Virus record (IMG/VR): IMGVR_UViG_3300033145_001588
Coordinates: 1 to 58,137 of that record
Reading direction: 5' to 3' (one strand)
Length of the DNA: 58,137 nt
From: a virus
Taxonomy: Duplodnaviria; Caudoviricetes
This document shows, in pieces, positions 28,163 to 38,191 of this stretch. The translations under genes were made by a program, and so were the position numbers. Numbering within the stretch: position 1 is the stretch's first letter; each line of letters begins with the position of its first letter. A model generated the notes under the pieces. That model was not told the DNA's origin. It did not search any database and worked only from the letters and a program-made list of their open reading frames with translations.

Positions 28163-28621
28163 TTATAACCCCGCCTTTTTGAGCGCATCCGCTAAGGCAG
28201 AGTTAATTGACGGCGGGGTTGTGTCTACTGCCGCTTTTTTGACAGGGATCAATCCCATTGCTGCCATGATTGATGCCGGCATCTTAATTTCCTCCCCATT
28301 TTTCATGGCATGAATGGAGGATGAACGTCCTTTGTAGCCGAATCTTTTCCACGCCATAAATCCCCCGCCAGCAAGAATAGTTGCTATATCAGAAGATTGT
28401 AAATCTTCCTTAATGATGATCTTGCATCCTGTGATAGGATCAAGATCATCCCCAATAACAATCCAGTCACCGCCTTTATTACTAATGAACTGGAAGGTTT
28501 TGTGCCCCTCTATTGTCCCGAGGTACACTAGGATTCCTTTGGAAGGGAATTCTACATTGTCTTCACAGACAACAATAACTCCCCATCTGCCATTCGTGGA
28601 ACTTCTTTTAATCTCTTTCAT
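28163..28621 (-). CDS. Early hypothetical protein
   Basis: GGAGG RBS; in the early operon. Confidence 0.65.
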   Translation of the reverse strand: MKEIKRSSTNGRWGVIVVCEDNVEFPSKGILVYLGTIEGHKTFQFISNKGGDWIVIGDDLDPITGCKIIIKEDLQSSDIATILAGGGFMAWKRFGYKGRSSSIHAMKNGEEIKMPASIMAAMGLIPVKKAAVDTTPPSINSALADALKKAGL

Positions 28622-28788
28622 CTTTTCCCTCCTTGCTTGGGTTTGTGTCGTTTAAAATCGGTGTGATATATTACCACACCATTTTTTTTCAGAGTGCCGT
28701 CGGTTAATTTATTGACGACACGTATTGCCTTGATGCGATTATTAAAGCGTCGCACCTCTAGAGTGTTATTATTTATTACTATCCACAT
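28618..28788 (-). CDS. Early hypothetical protein
   Basis: GGAGG RBS before MWIVINNN. Confidence 0.55.
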   Translation of the reverse strand: MWIVINNNTLEVRRFNNRIKAIRVVNKLTDGTLKKNGVVIYHTDFKRHKPKQGGKR

Positions 28789-29264
28789 ATTGCACCTCCC
28801 CGACATCCCTCGTTGTCGCAAACGCCCCAGGTTGTGAGGCCTCCGCATATTGCGCAGGGCTTAGATTTAGCGAGCCGCTTCGTCTCCGGGGTCGGTGTTA
28901 CCGTATCCGGTCCCGCCGGCACCCAGCCTAAATGTCTGAAAATGGATTTTTTAACACCATTTACCTCAACCGCCTCTCGGCGGCTGAATGCGTACAAGGG
29001 CACTATTTTATATTGTCTCAGTGCCGCCTCTAAAAATCCCATAAAAAAAGGCGCTCCGCCTATCATTGCGGCATGTGCGCCTCTCTCGTGAGCCAGACAG
29101 GCAATTCTGTCGGCTCGGAGATACATATCTTGACTATCCGGGATTGACTCAAATGTAAGCGTATCTCGAACTATTTTTTGGTCAGCCGGGGTTAAATCAA
29201 CTACCCCAGCTTCGATCTGTTCCTGACTCGCTGCGTGCTGAGTCAGATTAAATATTTTTTTCAT
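28779..29264 (-). CDS. First early gene; Csx20-like protein (candidate ring nuclease)
   Basis: FNLTQH..S.EQ N-terminus and PLYAFSRR..E...KKSIFRH resemble the Csx20 family pattern as recalled. Confidence 0.5.
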   Translation of the reverse strand: MKKIFNLTQHAASQEQIEAGVVDLTPADQKIVRDTLTFESIPDSQDMYLRADRIACLAHERGAHAAMIGGAPFFMGFLEAALRQYKIVPLYAFSRREAVEVNGVKKSIFRHLGWVPAGPDTVTPTPETKRLAKSKPCAICGGLTTWGVCDNEGCRGGAICG

Positions 29265-29294
29265 TTTTCTCTCCTTTTTTGTTTTTTTATTTTT

Positions 29295-29323
29295 AATATA
29301 ATATCCTTTTTTTTAAAAGTCAA
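29295..29323 (-). promoter_or_regulatory. Sigma70-type early promoter
   Basis: TTGACT-N17-TATATT with an A/T-rich upstream region. Confidence 0.75.
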
Positions 29324-29467
29324 GCTTTTTTTAATAATTATTAAAATTTTTATCTTTAATAATATCATATAGTTATTTCTTTTCCTTAATTTTTTTCCAA
29401 ATTTCTTTGTTTTTTTCTTGTTTTTTCTTATTTTTTCTTTATTATTTTGAACAAGGAGAGGAACGGA

Positions 29468-29917
29468 ATGGGTTGCAAAAAAGTAAAGTTCACACAAAAA
29501 CAAATCAATCAGGTAGAGGCTTTGGCATCTGTTCTGACTGTTGAACAGATATCCGAATATTTCGGGATTTCTTATGTTACTTTTGGACGATTACGAAAAG
29601 ATAATCCTGAAATTGATAAGGCATACAAGAAAGGCAAAGCCAACGCCATCCGTGAGGTAGCTGAAGGATTACTGGATAAGGCTAAAGCAGGAAATCTGTC
29701 AGCCAGTATATTCTTTCTAAAAACACGTGGTGGATGGAGAGAAACAAATCGTACTGAACTTACAGGGGCAGATGGAAAACCTATCCAAGCCAATGTGAAT
29801 AATGAGGCAAGAGTTACTGTGGACTTGTCTGATAAGACTACAGAAGAATTATTGGCTTTCCGAAAAGGATTGAAAGTATTGAAAGATGTTACAAGCAGCT
29901 CGAGTACAGAAGAATAA
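29468..29917 (+). CDS. Terminase small subunit (HTH)
   Basis: HTH, GNLSASIFFLKTRGGWRE, ELTGADGKPI; upstream of the large subunit. Confidence 0.8.
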   Translation: MGCKKVKFTQKQINQVEALASVLTVEQISEYFGISYVTFGRLRKDNPEIDKAYKKGKANAIREVAEGLLDKAKAGNLSASIFFLKTRGGWRETNRTELTGADGKPIQANVNNEARVTVDLSDKTTEELLAFRKGLKVLKDVTSSSSTEE

Positions 29918-31460
29918 TAATCAGCGCAGTAATTCTATGTCTTTACGACGGACTAGATTTACTGTTCCTGAAACTCCGCTCTCCATGGTGACTCCTCTCT
30001 ACAATGAAACTACTGCAATTCTCTGTCGACGTTCTTTATATTTTTTCATGCAAGAATTCTGGGGAGAGGTTTCTAACGATGTATTCAAGCCAAATTGGCA
30101 TCTCAAATTATTCTGCGATGAATTACAAATTATAGCAGAAAGAGTTGCACACAATAAACCAAAAGAATATGATTTGATAGTGAATGTTCCTCCGGGTACA
30201 ACTAAAACAACCACATTCATGATAATGTTTCCAGTATGGTGTTGGATCAATTGGTATTGGATGAGATTTATCACAGCATCTTACTCGTCAGCGTTATCAT
30301 TAGAATCTGCGGAATACAGCAGGGATTTGATACGCTCAACAAAATTTACTAATGTTTTCAAAGAGTTATCTATAAAGCAAGATAAGGATACCAAGTCAAA
30401 CTTTAAGATTATAAAGACAATGCCTGATAACACTGTGAAATTAGGGGGTAATAGATATAGTACATCAGTAGGAGGAACGCTGACAGGTTTTCATGGTCAT
30501 ATATTATTAGTGGATGATCCTCTTGATCCAAATAGAGCAGTAAGTGAAGTGGAATTGGCGAATGCAAATAGATGGATTGACCAAACTCTATCTACCAGAA
30601 AGATTGATAAAGCAATCACACCAACTATCATGATTATGCAAAGACTCCATGAAAACGATCCATCCGGGCATCTTCTCGCAAAACAAAAAGCTAATCTCAA
30701 ACATATCAGTTTACCAGGGGAGATTCGTAATTATAGGAAAAACCTGAAACCGGAGAGGCTTGCAGAAAACTATATAGATGATTTGTTAGATCCGGAACGC
30801 ATGAGTTGGGATGTATTAAAGGATATGGAAGCGGATCTGGGGCAGTATGGTTATGCTGGTCAGGTAGGACAAACTCCCACTCCTCCTGAAGGAGGGATGT
30901 TCAAGGTAGAACATTTCCAGATAATAGACCAACTTCCAGCGCCAGTGAATTTCATTAAGTCTGTCCGCTACTGGGATAAGGCAGCTTCAGATGGAAAAGG
31001 GGCATTCACTGTTGGGACAAAGATGTCTGTATTGCGAAATGGCAAATTCATTATTCACGATGTAGTTAGAGGACAATGGTCGACCGAAGTGAGAGAGAAG
31101 ATTATTAAGGAAACCGCTGAAGCGGATGGAACAAGTGTTCAGATATATACAGAACAGGAACCTGGATCAGGAGGGAAAGAATCAGCAGAAGCTACAATAA
31201 CTAATCTGGTAGGATTCTCTGCATTCAAGGATCGACCAACCGGTGATAAGGTGTTTAGGGCGGATCCTTATTCGGTTCAAGTGAATAATGGTAATGTAAT
31301 GTTATTGAGAGGAGATTGGATTACCGTTTTCAAGGAGGAACATCGGAATTTCCCATTTTCCACATACAAGGATCAGGTGGACAGCGCAAGTGGGTGCTTT
31401 TCAAAATTGGCAGGAAAGAAAAGGGCTGGTATGTTGTTTTCAAGGCGAAGGAGACGTTAA
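29886..31460 (+). CDS. terL: Terminase large subunit
   Basis: NVPPGTTKT, LLVDDP, MQRLH, RYWDKA, DQVDS; true start may be 29937. Confidence 0.92.
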   Translation: MLQAARVQKNNNQRSNSMSLRRTRFTVPETPLSMVTPLYNETTAILCRRSLYFFMQEFWGEVSNDVFKPNWHLKLFCDELQIIAERVAHNKPKEYDLIVNVPPGTTKTTTFMIMFPVWCWINWYWMRFITASYSSALSLESAEYSRDLIRSTKFTNVFKELSIKQDKDTKSNFKIIKTMPDNTVKLGGNRYSTSVGGTLTGFHGHILLVDDPLDPNRAVSEVELANANRWIDQTLSTRKIDKAITPTIMIMQRLHENDPSGHLLAKQKANLKHISLPGEIRNYRKNLKPERLAENYIDDLLDPERMSWDVLKDMEADLGQYGYAGQVGQTPTPPEGGMFKVEHFQIIDQLPAPVNFIKSVRYWDKAASDGKGAFTVGTKMSVLRNGKFIIHDVVRGQWSTEVREKIIKETAEADGTSVQIYTEQEPGSGGKESAEATITNLVGFSAFKDRPTGDKVFRADPYSVQVNNGNVMLLRGDWITVFKEEHRNFPFSTYKDQVDSASGCFSKLAGKKRAGMLFSRRRRR

Positions 31461-31477
31461 GAAAGTGGGAGGGCACA

Positions 31478-31807
31478 ATGACATCTGAACAGTTTGATGC
31501 ATTTTTGGATTACGCAATCGAATTATGTCGAGACACGATGAAAACAAAGGCTGGTGAATATGCCATAGAAGATAGTCGGTTTTACAATTTCATCTGCGCA
31601 GGAAGCATAAAGAGAGAAACACCAGAAAAAGCTTTGTGGGGTATGTATGTTAAGCATTTAGTATCAGTAATAGACATTGTTGAAGCGGTGGAAGCAGGAA
31701 AGGACGTGCCACGTGATCATTATACTGAAAAATTGAAAGATTCGATAGTTTATCATTTGCTTTTTTGGGGGATGTTGGAAGGGAGAGTAGGCGAGGGTTA
31801 TGTCTAA
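31478..31807 (+). CDS. Helical protein resembling nucleotide-modification-associated domains
   Basis: K..EYA..D...NF...KH...D...Y pattern; GGAGG RBS. Confidence 0.5.
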   Translation: MTSEQFDAFLDYAIELCRDTMKTKAGEYAIEDSRFYNFICAGSIKRETPEKALWGMYVKHLVSVIDIVEAVEAGKDVPRDHYTEKLKDSIVYHLLFWGMLEGRVGEGYV

Positions 31808-33164
31808 GAAAAATACCGAAGAATTACAAATACAAGTTAATCGAATCAAGACGCTTTCCGAATTAGTGTCCAGAGTGAAGCTTGCTGGAAGATTAGGGCA
31901 GCAATATGGGACTGATCGAGATATTTATGAGGCATTGGGGTACCCTAAAACGCTTACTTATAGAGACTTTGCTGCCCGTTATGAAAGACAAGACATTGCC
32001 CGGGCGGTGATCGATAAACCGGTGGATGCTTCTTGGCAAGGGGGTTGTCTTATCCAAGAATCCACGGAAGAAGATACTTCTCTGGAGAATGCTTGGAAGA
32101 ATTTGGTTCAAGATGCCGAGTTGGATGTAATTGATAAGCTGTGCCGATTGGATAAACTTGTAGGAATAGGGGAATATGCTATTCTGTTATTTGGATTAGG
32201 GGATGTCTCGAACAAGGAGCAATTTGCAATGCCGGCGGGAAAGTCTTCTCAACTAATATACTTACGTCCTCTGGGTGAAGGAAGCGTGGCAATCAATCAG
32301 TGGGAAACCAACACGCAGGATCCTCGATATGGTTTGCCCTTGATGTATGAATTGAAATTATCTCAGGCGGATTCTGACATAACAACAAGTCTGCGGGTGC
32401 ATCATTCTCGAATTCTCCATGTTGCGGGTGAGCTTCTGGAAGGAACTGTTAAAGGTTCTTCTCGATTGCTTCCAATATATAATAGATTGTTTGACCTGGA
32501 GAAATTAGTAGGTGCTTCTGCTGAAATGTTCTGGAGGGGAGCACGACCCGGATACAAGGGGAAGGTGGATAAGGATTATATGTTGACTTCTGATGAAGAG
32601 GAGGATTTCCGGGATCAGTTGGATGAATATGAGCATAACTTGAGAAGATTCTTGATCAGTACCGGAATAGATTTATCCGCTATGGAAACTCAGGTGGCAG
32701 ATCCAAGTAACCATGTTGATATCCAAATTCAAATGATAAGTGCGCAGACTGGGATACCAAAACGGATACTGACAGGAAGCGAGAGAGGGGAACTTGCTAG
32801 TACTCAGGATCTTGCTTCGTGGTATTCCTTAATACAGGGAAGAAGGGATAATTATGTTGAGGGGAATATCCTCAGGCCATTCATTCGGAAGTGCCAGGAG
32901 TTTGGGATTCTTCCTCCTGTGAAAAATGAAGAGGAAGGTTATTCCATAATCTGGAAACCGATGTTTGAAAAATCGGATAAGGAAAAAGCGGAGGTTGGGG
33001 AGATACGGGCAAAGGCACTTAATCAATATGCAGCGCAGCCTATGGCGGAATCAATCGTTCCACCGGAAGCCTTTTACAAGTATTTCTTGGGATTTGACCA
33101 GGATCAAATTGATATGATTACAGAAATGCAAGAAACTGCGGTTAAAGAGGAAGAAGAAGTATGA
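31800..33164 (+). CDS. Portal protein (DUF1073-like)
   Basis: Position after terL; VHHSRILH, IPKRILTGSERGELAS. Confidence 0.85.
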   Translation: MSKKNTEELQIQVNRIKTLSELVSRVKLAGRLGQQYGTDRDIYEALGYPKTLTYRDFAARYERQDIARAVIDKPVDASWQGGCLIQESTEEDTSLENAWKNLVQDAELDVIDKLCRLDKLVGIGEYAILLFGLGDVSNKEQFAMPAGKSSQLIYLRPLGEGSVAINQWETNTQDPRYGLPLMYELKLSQADSDITTSLRVHHSRILHVAGELLEGTVKGSSRLLPIYNRLFDLEKLVGASAEMFWRGARPGYKGKVDKDYMLTSDEEEDFRDQLDEYEHNLRRFLISTGIDLSAMETQVADPSNHVDIQIQMISAQTGIPKRILTGSERGELASTQDLASWYSLIQGRRDNYVEGNILRPFIRKCQEFGILPPVKNEEEGYSIIWKPMFEKSDKEKAEVGEIRAKALNQYAAQPMAESIVPPEAFYKYFLGFDQDQIDMITEMQETAVKEEEEV

Positions 33165-33898
33165 CATTATCCAGCAAGATAACAGAAATACAGCATCGTA
33201 TTGGATTATCCACGGATGAGAAACCTTCGGGAATGGCTCCTGGGTCTACTATCTACGAGTATGACACCGGTCGAGTGATGGAAACCTATGATGGAACGAA
33301 CTGGGTGGAGAAATTTAATCCCGGAGTTCCTATCAAGGGGTACCGGGTATCTGATGAGACATACCAATCCTTACGATTATGTGCATGCTATGGTTCTTTG
33401 GTAGTTTCCATGGAGGAATGTATTGCAGTTTCGGAAGGGAGGGATTATTATTACTATGATGTTCTTGACCCTCTTGGTGCTAGTGCTTCTCAAGATTATC
33501 TGCTAACTATACCGAATTCAGATTTGAAAATCTACTTTGATCTAATTGTTACATTTGGTGATGGGGCAGGGTCTCTTGAAATATATGAGGGCGGCGATAG
33601 AGTAGGTAGCGTTCTCCAAACAATAATAAATAGGAATAGAAATTCCTTGAACAATACCATGGCCACGCTTCATAAAGGGCAAAGTGGTGGAACAGAGGAT
33701 GGTACTATAATATATTGGAAACGAATAGGTAAGAGCGGGGGCAATGTTAAGTCTGATACTGGTGGGGCTGTAGGAGCAGCGAAATACAAGATATTGAAGA
33801 AAAATACTAAATATATTATTCGTATTACTGATAAATCAGCGGCGGAAAATAATGTATCTTTTGAAATGCGTTTGATCGAGCATGAGGATATAGTATAG
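33161..33898 (+). CDS. Hypothetical virion-associated protein
   Basis: GLSTDEKP...GSTIYEYDTG N-terminal motif; beta-rich. Confidence 0.6.
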   Translation: MTLSSKITEIQHRIGLSTDEKPSGMAPGSTIYEYDTGRVMETYDGTNWVEKFNPGVPIKGYRVSDETYQSLRLCACYGSLVVSMEECIAVSEGRDYYYYDVLDPLGASASQDYLLTIPNSDLKIYFDLIVTFGDGAGSLEIYEGGDRVGSVLQTIINRNRNSLNNTMATLHKGQSGGTEDGTIIYWKRIGKSGGNVKSDTGGAVGAAKYKILKKNTKYIIRITDKSAAENNVSFEMRLIEHEDIV

Positions 33899-33899
33899 C

Positions 33900-35833
33900 A
33901 TGGGACTTCCCGCCAGAAAGATAGAGACAATTATCACTCAGAAAAAGAAAGCAGTGGCTGTTTCACGGTATGACCCTACCAGAACAACCCATCTGAGAAA
34001 TGCTTTTGTTCGTGATTTGAATAAACGATTCCGATAATCCGTAGAGCCATCATAGAGCAAGACTGTTTTGGCATGCTGGATACGGAATTCAAAGTAGTGA
34101 CTCTGGCAGCCTCTGATTTCTCCCTCCCGGGAAGAAAGGCTTTTACGTTTCCTCGATCTGAAGAGAAAGTCAATGCTTTCATGAATTGGTTACAGGGGCA
34201 GGAGGCAAAGGGAATCCTCGAAGTAGGAACAATGCAACAGATAGGCACCCCCATTGAAACAGCATGGACGAACAAGTATATTAAGGATTCATATCAGAGA
34301 GGAGTTCAGAGGGCACGGTGGGAGATGAAAAGCGCAGGGTACAAAGTGCCTCCTATATCAGAGACTGGTGGAATATCTGCAAGCATGTCAACCCCCTTCC
34401 ACATGGATCGAGTCGGTGTTCTGTATACCCGTGTTTTTCAGGAGTTAAAAGGTATCACAAGTCAGATGGATACCCAGATAAGCCGGGTGCTTTCACAAGG
34501 GATTGCTGATGGGAAACACCCAACGGAACTTGCAAAATTATTGACCAGGGCAATATCAGGACCTGTAGGGGATCTTGGAATAACAGATACTCTGGGAAGA
34601 TTCATTCCAGCAGAGCGGAGAGCGCAGACTTTAGCAAGAACCGAGATAATCAGGGCACATCATCAGGGAAATATACAGGAGATGAAGAATTGGGCGGTTG
34701 AAGGAGTAAAGGTCAAAGCGGAGTGGGTGACGGCCGGATACAAGGTATGCCCTGAATGCGCAGCGTTGGAAGGTAAAGTTTATAACTTGGATGAAATACA
34801 GAACAAAATACCTTTACACCCAAATTGCAGGTGCTGTGCAATCCCCGTGAAGGCAGGAGAGAAGAAAGTAGGAGAGTTTCCTAAGGTTCCTAAGGCACCG
34901 AAGAAGGCTCGCGACTTTGAGAAGGAATTTCGAGAAATCAGAGAATCTTATGAAAGAAAGGTAGGGAAAGAAGGTCTTGCAAAGGCTGCTTCTCTGCGAA
35001 TTGAAATGAGGAAAGCAAAAATTCGTTGGGTGAATTCTTTACCAGAGGAAGCTTATGAAGAGGAACGTAAGAAGATTCTTCTACATCTGATAGGAAATGA
35101 AAAGAAATATCTTAAGAAAATAGAAGCAGGTACTCATTGGATACCTTATGATGCGTTGGAGACTTTGAAGGAAAATGGATTGGAAGTTACTTACAAGGCG
35201 GATGTACGGTCTTTCTATCGTGCTTCTTCTGAAGTTATTACACTTTCCAGAAGGGATTCCGCCCAAGTGATTGCACATGAATTTGGACATGCTATTGATG
35301 ATCTTGTGATGAATCGAAAATTTGATACTTCATTTTCTTTCAAAGGAACAGGCTTCATCGGGGAAGGAAATGAGTATGTTTCTAAGGAACAATTAGATGC
35401 TCTTAGAAAGGAGTACAAGTCTCTTAGTAGTGGTATCAAAGGGGTTTTCAAGAACGGGGATGGTGCATATTGGAAGAATAATTGGCTGGATGTTTATGAA
35501 GGGCGTATTTACAAAGGTTCTTCTGGTTTAGGGGAAGAGTGGTGGGCAATGAATTGCCAACGTTATCAGAAATACAGGGCGGGATTGATTAAGTATGATG
35601 CTGATTTACAGAGACTCAAAAATGATTACATGCATTCTCTAAAGGTTAGGGGGGAGGAGCATTCATTCACCAAAACAATGAAGAAAAGATACGAGACGTT
35701 GTTGCAGGAAGGAAAAGAAGTTTGGTCTGCTCGCCTTTCTAAGTGGGACAAGGTACGAGAAAGATACTCAGAATTATCACAGTTTGTTGAAGAATCTTTC
35801 TCTGGTAGACTAATGAGGAAGGATTTATTATGA
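33900..35833 (+). CDS. MuF head morphogenesis protein with C-terminal HExxH metalloprotease extension; frame break near 34034
   Basis: RAQTLARTE, CPEC, PLHPNCRC, HEFGH; N-terminal piece (YDPTRTT.LRNAF) is in a different frame. Confidence 0.8.
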
Positions 35834-36096
35834 GAATAAAAATATCACACGGGGATTCAGAAGGTTTTGTAACATATAATGAGAAGGAACAAGAGATCCT
35901 TGTTGATTTTGAGGATGCGCTGGTTCAGGAAGAAGTAGACACGTATTTACATACGCAACGCTCTTTTACGATTCCTGAAAGTAATGTTGTTGATGATTTC
36001 CGTCGAGACTTTGTATACCCTTATGAGAATTTAACGTACTTTGAATTAGCAATGAGTGAGTTGCACGCACATACGGATGTGTGGGTGCATTGGTAA
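35830..36096 (+). CDS. Small acidic protein, candidate immunity protein
   Basis: ATGA-coupled to the MuF-protease gene. Confidence 0.55.
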   Translation: MRIKISHGDSEGFVTYNEKEQEILVDFEDALVQEEVDTYLHTQRSFTIPESNVVDDFRRDFVYPYENLTYFELAMSELHAHTDVWVHW

Positions 36097-36109
36097 GGAA
36101 GGAGAGAGA

Positions 36110-37660
36110 ATGCCCCTACCAAAACCACGCAAGGATGAAAAACAAGATGCTTTCATTTCCAGATGTATGGGAAATGATTTGATGAATACAGAATACCCAG
36201 ATAATAGTCAACGGGTAGCTGTATGTTATAGTCAGTGGAGGAGCAAAATGAAGAATCAACAGTACAAAGTATTAACAACGAATAATTATACAATTCGAAC
36301 GGAGGCACACCAGGGGGCAAAGCATCTTGTTATCCCAGTGGTCATGATGGTTGAGGGGGTACACAATGGAAGTGCAGGGCCACTACTTCATACCCAAGAT
36401 GAGTTAGGTAAGTTTCCAGCGGCATGGAATGGAATACCGGTATCAATTGGTCATCCGGAAGAGAATGGGCAACCAATATCTGCTAATTCTCCAAGTGTTA
36501 TCGATCAGTCGGTAATTGGTAGGGTGTATAATAGTAAGATGGAAGATGGTAAGTTGAAAGGGGAAGTTTGGGCGGATGTAGAGAAGTTGAAACAACTATC
36601 CCCGTTGGCTTACGCGTATATCATGCAACAGAAACCGCTGGATGTTAGTGTTGGTGTTTTTTCAGATGATGAACCTACTTCTGGTGAATGGGGAGGTGAG
36701 AATTACGTGGCTATTGCGAAGAATTATCGACCAGATCACCTTGCTCTATTACCAGAAGCTACAGGAGCCTGTAGTTGGCAGGATGGGTGTGGTATAAGAG
36801 CAAACTCAGAAGGGCTTTTAGAGGCAATAAATTTGGTAAGGGATAAACTTTACTCCTTAGATAGCGATACGGATTCGTATTACCTTGAGGAGGTTTATGA
36901 TGACGGTACTTTCATTTACAGGAGAAATGTACGAGGAGCAGGTGAGAAATATTACAAGAGAACGTATCAAATCAAAGATGAGGGGGTGCAATTTGGCAAT
37001 GATGAAGAGGAGGTGGTAAAGGAGATAAAGTATAAGAAGATAGTAACTATGAAGAGAACGAAAAATACAAAAAACAATATAGGAGGTAAAAGAATGGACA
37101 AAGTGCAGGAACTTCTAACCATTGCTCCTTCGGTGTATACCGAAGATGATAAGGAGTGGTTGGAGAAATTGGAAGAGGGGCAGGTTGATAAGATGATTAC
37201 GTGCGCCAAAGTGAACGCAGAAGTCACTGCTGCAAAGGAAACTGCAGAAGCAGACAAGGTGAAGGCAGAAGAAAGGGTCGTCGTTTTGGAAGGCGAGATT
37301 GCGGAACTGAAGAAAGGAGCTCCCCAGGTTAATGAGGAAGCTGCTATGAAGATTCTGAAGGAAAAGGTTTCTGATGTTAAGATTTTCAGTGAGCTTCTTC
37401 CTGATGAGTTGAAGGAGCAGTTCAACTATGGGCAGAAAACCTATGCGGCGCATCGGGAAGAATTGGTAACTCATATCGTAACTAATCAGCCTGGAAAGAG
37501 TTGGACGAGAGAAAAATTAGATGCGTTGAACATGGATATGCTGGAGGATATCGCGGATTCTATCAAAGCTCCTGTTTCTTATGAAGGCGCAGTCGGTGGA
37601 TTCTCCGTGAACACGGATGAGGAAATTCTTCTCCCGCCAGGAGTTGAAAAAATACTCTAA
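36110..37660 (+). CDS. Prohead protease/scaffold (DUF2213-like)
   Basis: GIPVSIGHP, DVSVG, DHLALLP...GACSWQDGCG; acidic coiled C-terminus. Confidence 0.8.
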   Translation: MPLPKPRKDEKQDAFISRCMGNDLMNTEYPDNSQRVAVCYSQWRSKMKNQQYKVLTTNNYTIRTEAHQGAKHLVIPVVMMVEGVHNGSAGPLLHTQDELGKFPAAWNGIPVSIGHPEENGQPISANSPSVIDQSVIGRVYNSKMEDGKLKGEVWADVEKLKQLSPLAYAYIMQQKPLDVSVGVFSDDEPTSGEWGGENYVAIAKNYRPDHLALLPEATGACSWQDGCGIRANSEGLLEAINLVRDKLYSLDSDTDSYYLEEVYDDGTFIYRRNVRGAGEKYYKRTYQIKDEGVQFGNDEEEVVKEIKYKKIVTMKRTKNTKNNIGGKRMDKVQELLTIAPSVYTEDDKEWLEKLEEGQVDKMITCAKVNAEVTAAKETAEADKVKAEERVVVLEGEIAELKKGAPQVNEEAAMKILKEKVSDVKIFSELLPDELKEQFNYGQKTYAAHREELVTHIVTNQPGKSWTREKLDALNMDMLEDIADSIKAPVSYEGAVGGFSVNTDEEILLPPGVEKIL

Positions 37661-37672
37661 TATTATTAGAGT
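37654..37672. other. Perfect 9-bp inverted repeat at a gene junction
   Basis: ACTCTAATA-T-TATTAGAGT. Confidence 0.35.
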
Positions 37673-37715
37673 TGAGGTAGAGAAAAATAACAATAAATTA
37701 TAGGAGGTACAAACA

Positions 37716-38174
37716 ATGTCGTATAACACGATTAAGTTAAAGAAATACTCTGATATCATAGAAGAGTATGAGGCCGCAGGGACTATTACCCCCGGCATGC
37801 TGATCGCATTGAATAGTGACGGAAAAGTTGTTGCGCATGCCAATGCCGGGAAGTTTGCAGAGAAAATATTCGCCCTTGAAAATGAATTAGAGGGTGAGAG
37901 TATTAGTGACACTTACGCCTCTGGTGATCAGGTACAGTGTTGGGTTGCGGGTAGAGGCGACCAGGCGTATGCACTTCTTGCAGATGGGGAAAGCGTGAGT
38001 ATTGGCGATGCCTTGGAATCACATGGGGATGGTTACCTACAGGCAAGTGTAGCAGAAACAGCCAGCGGAATTACATATCCTGATTCTGTAGTTGGCGTTG
38101 CTCTTGAAGCCGTGGATATGTCAGGTTCTTCTGGTGAAGATCCTAGCGGTAGAATCAAAATTCGAATTATATAA
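37716..38174 (+). CDS. Head decoration/cement protein
   Basis: Between scaffold and capsid; ITPGML, VGVALEAVD. Confidence 0.7.
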   Translation: MSYNTIKLKKYSDIIEEYEAAGTITPGMLIALNSDGKVVAHANAGKFAEKIFALENELEGESISDTYASGDQVQCWVAGRGDQAYALLADGESVSIGDALESHGDGYLQASVAETASGITYPDSVVGVALEAVDMSGSSGEDPSGRIKIRII

Positions 38175-38191
38175 CAAGGAGGTAAATAATA

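Noticed and set aside
29261-29503. Lys-rich 80-aa ORF
   Set aside because: Low-complexity translation of the AT-rich divergent promoter region
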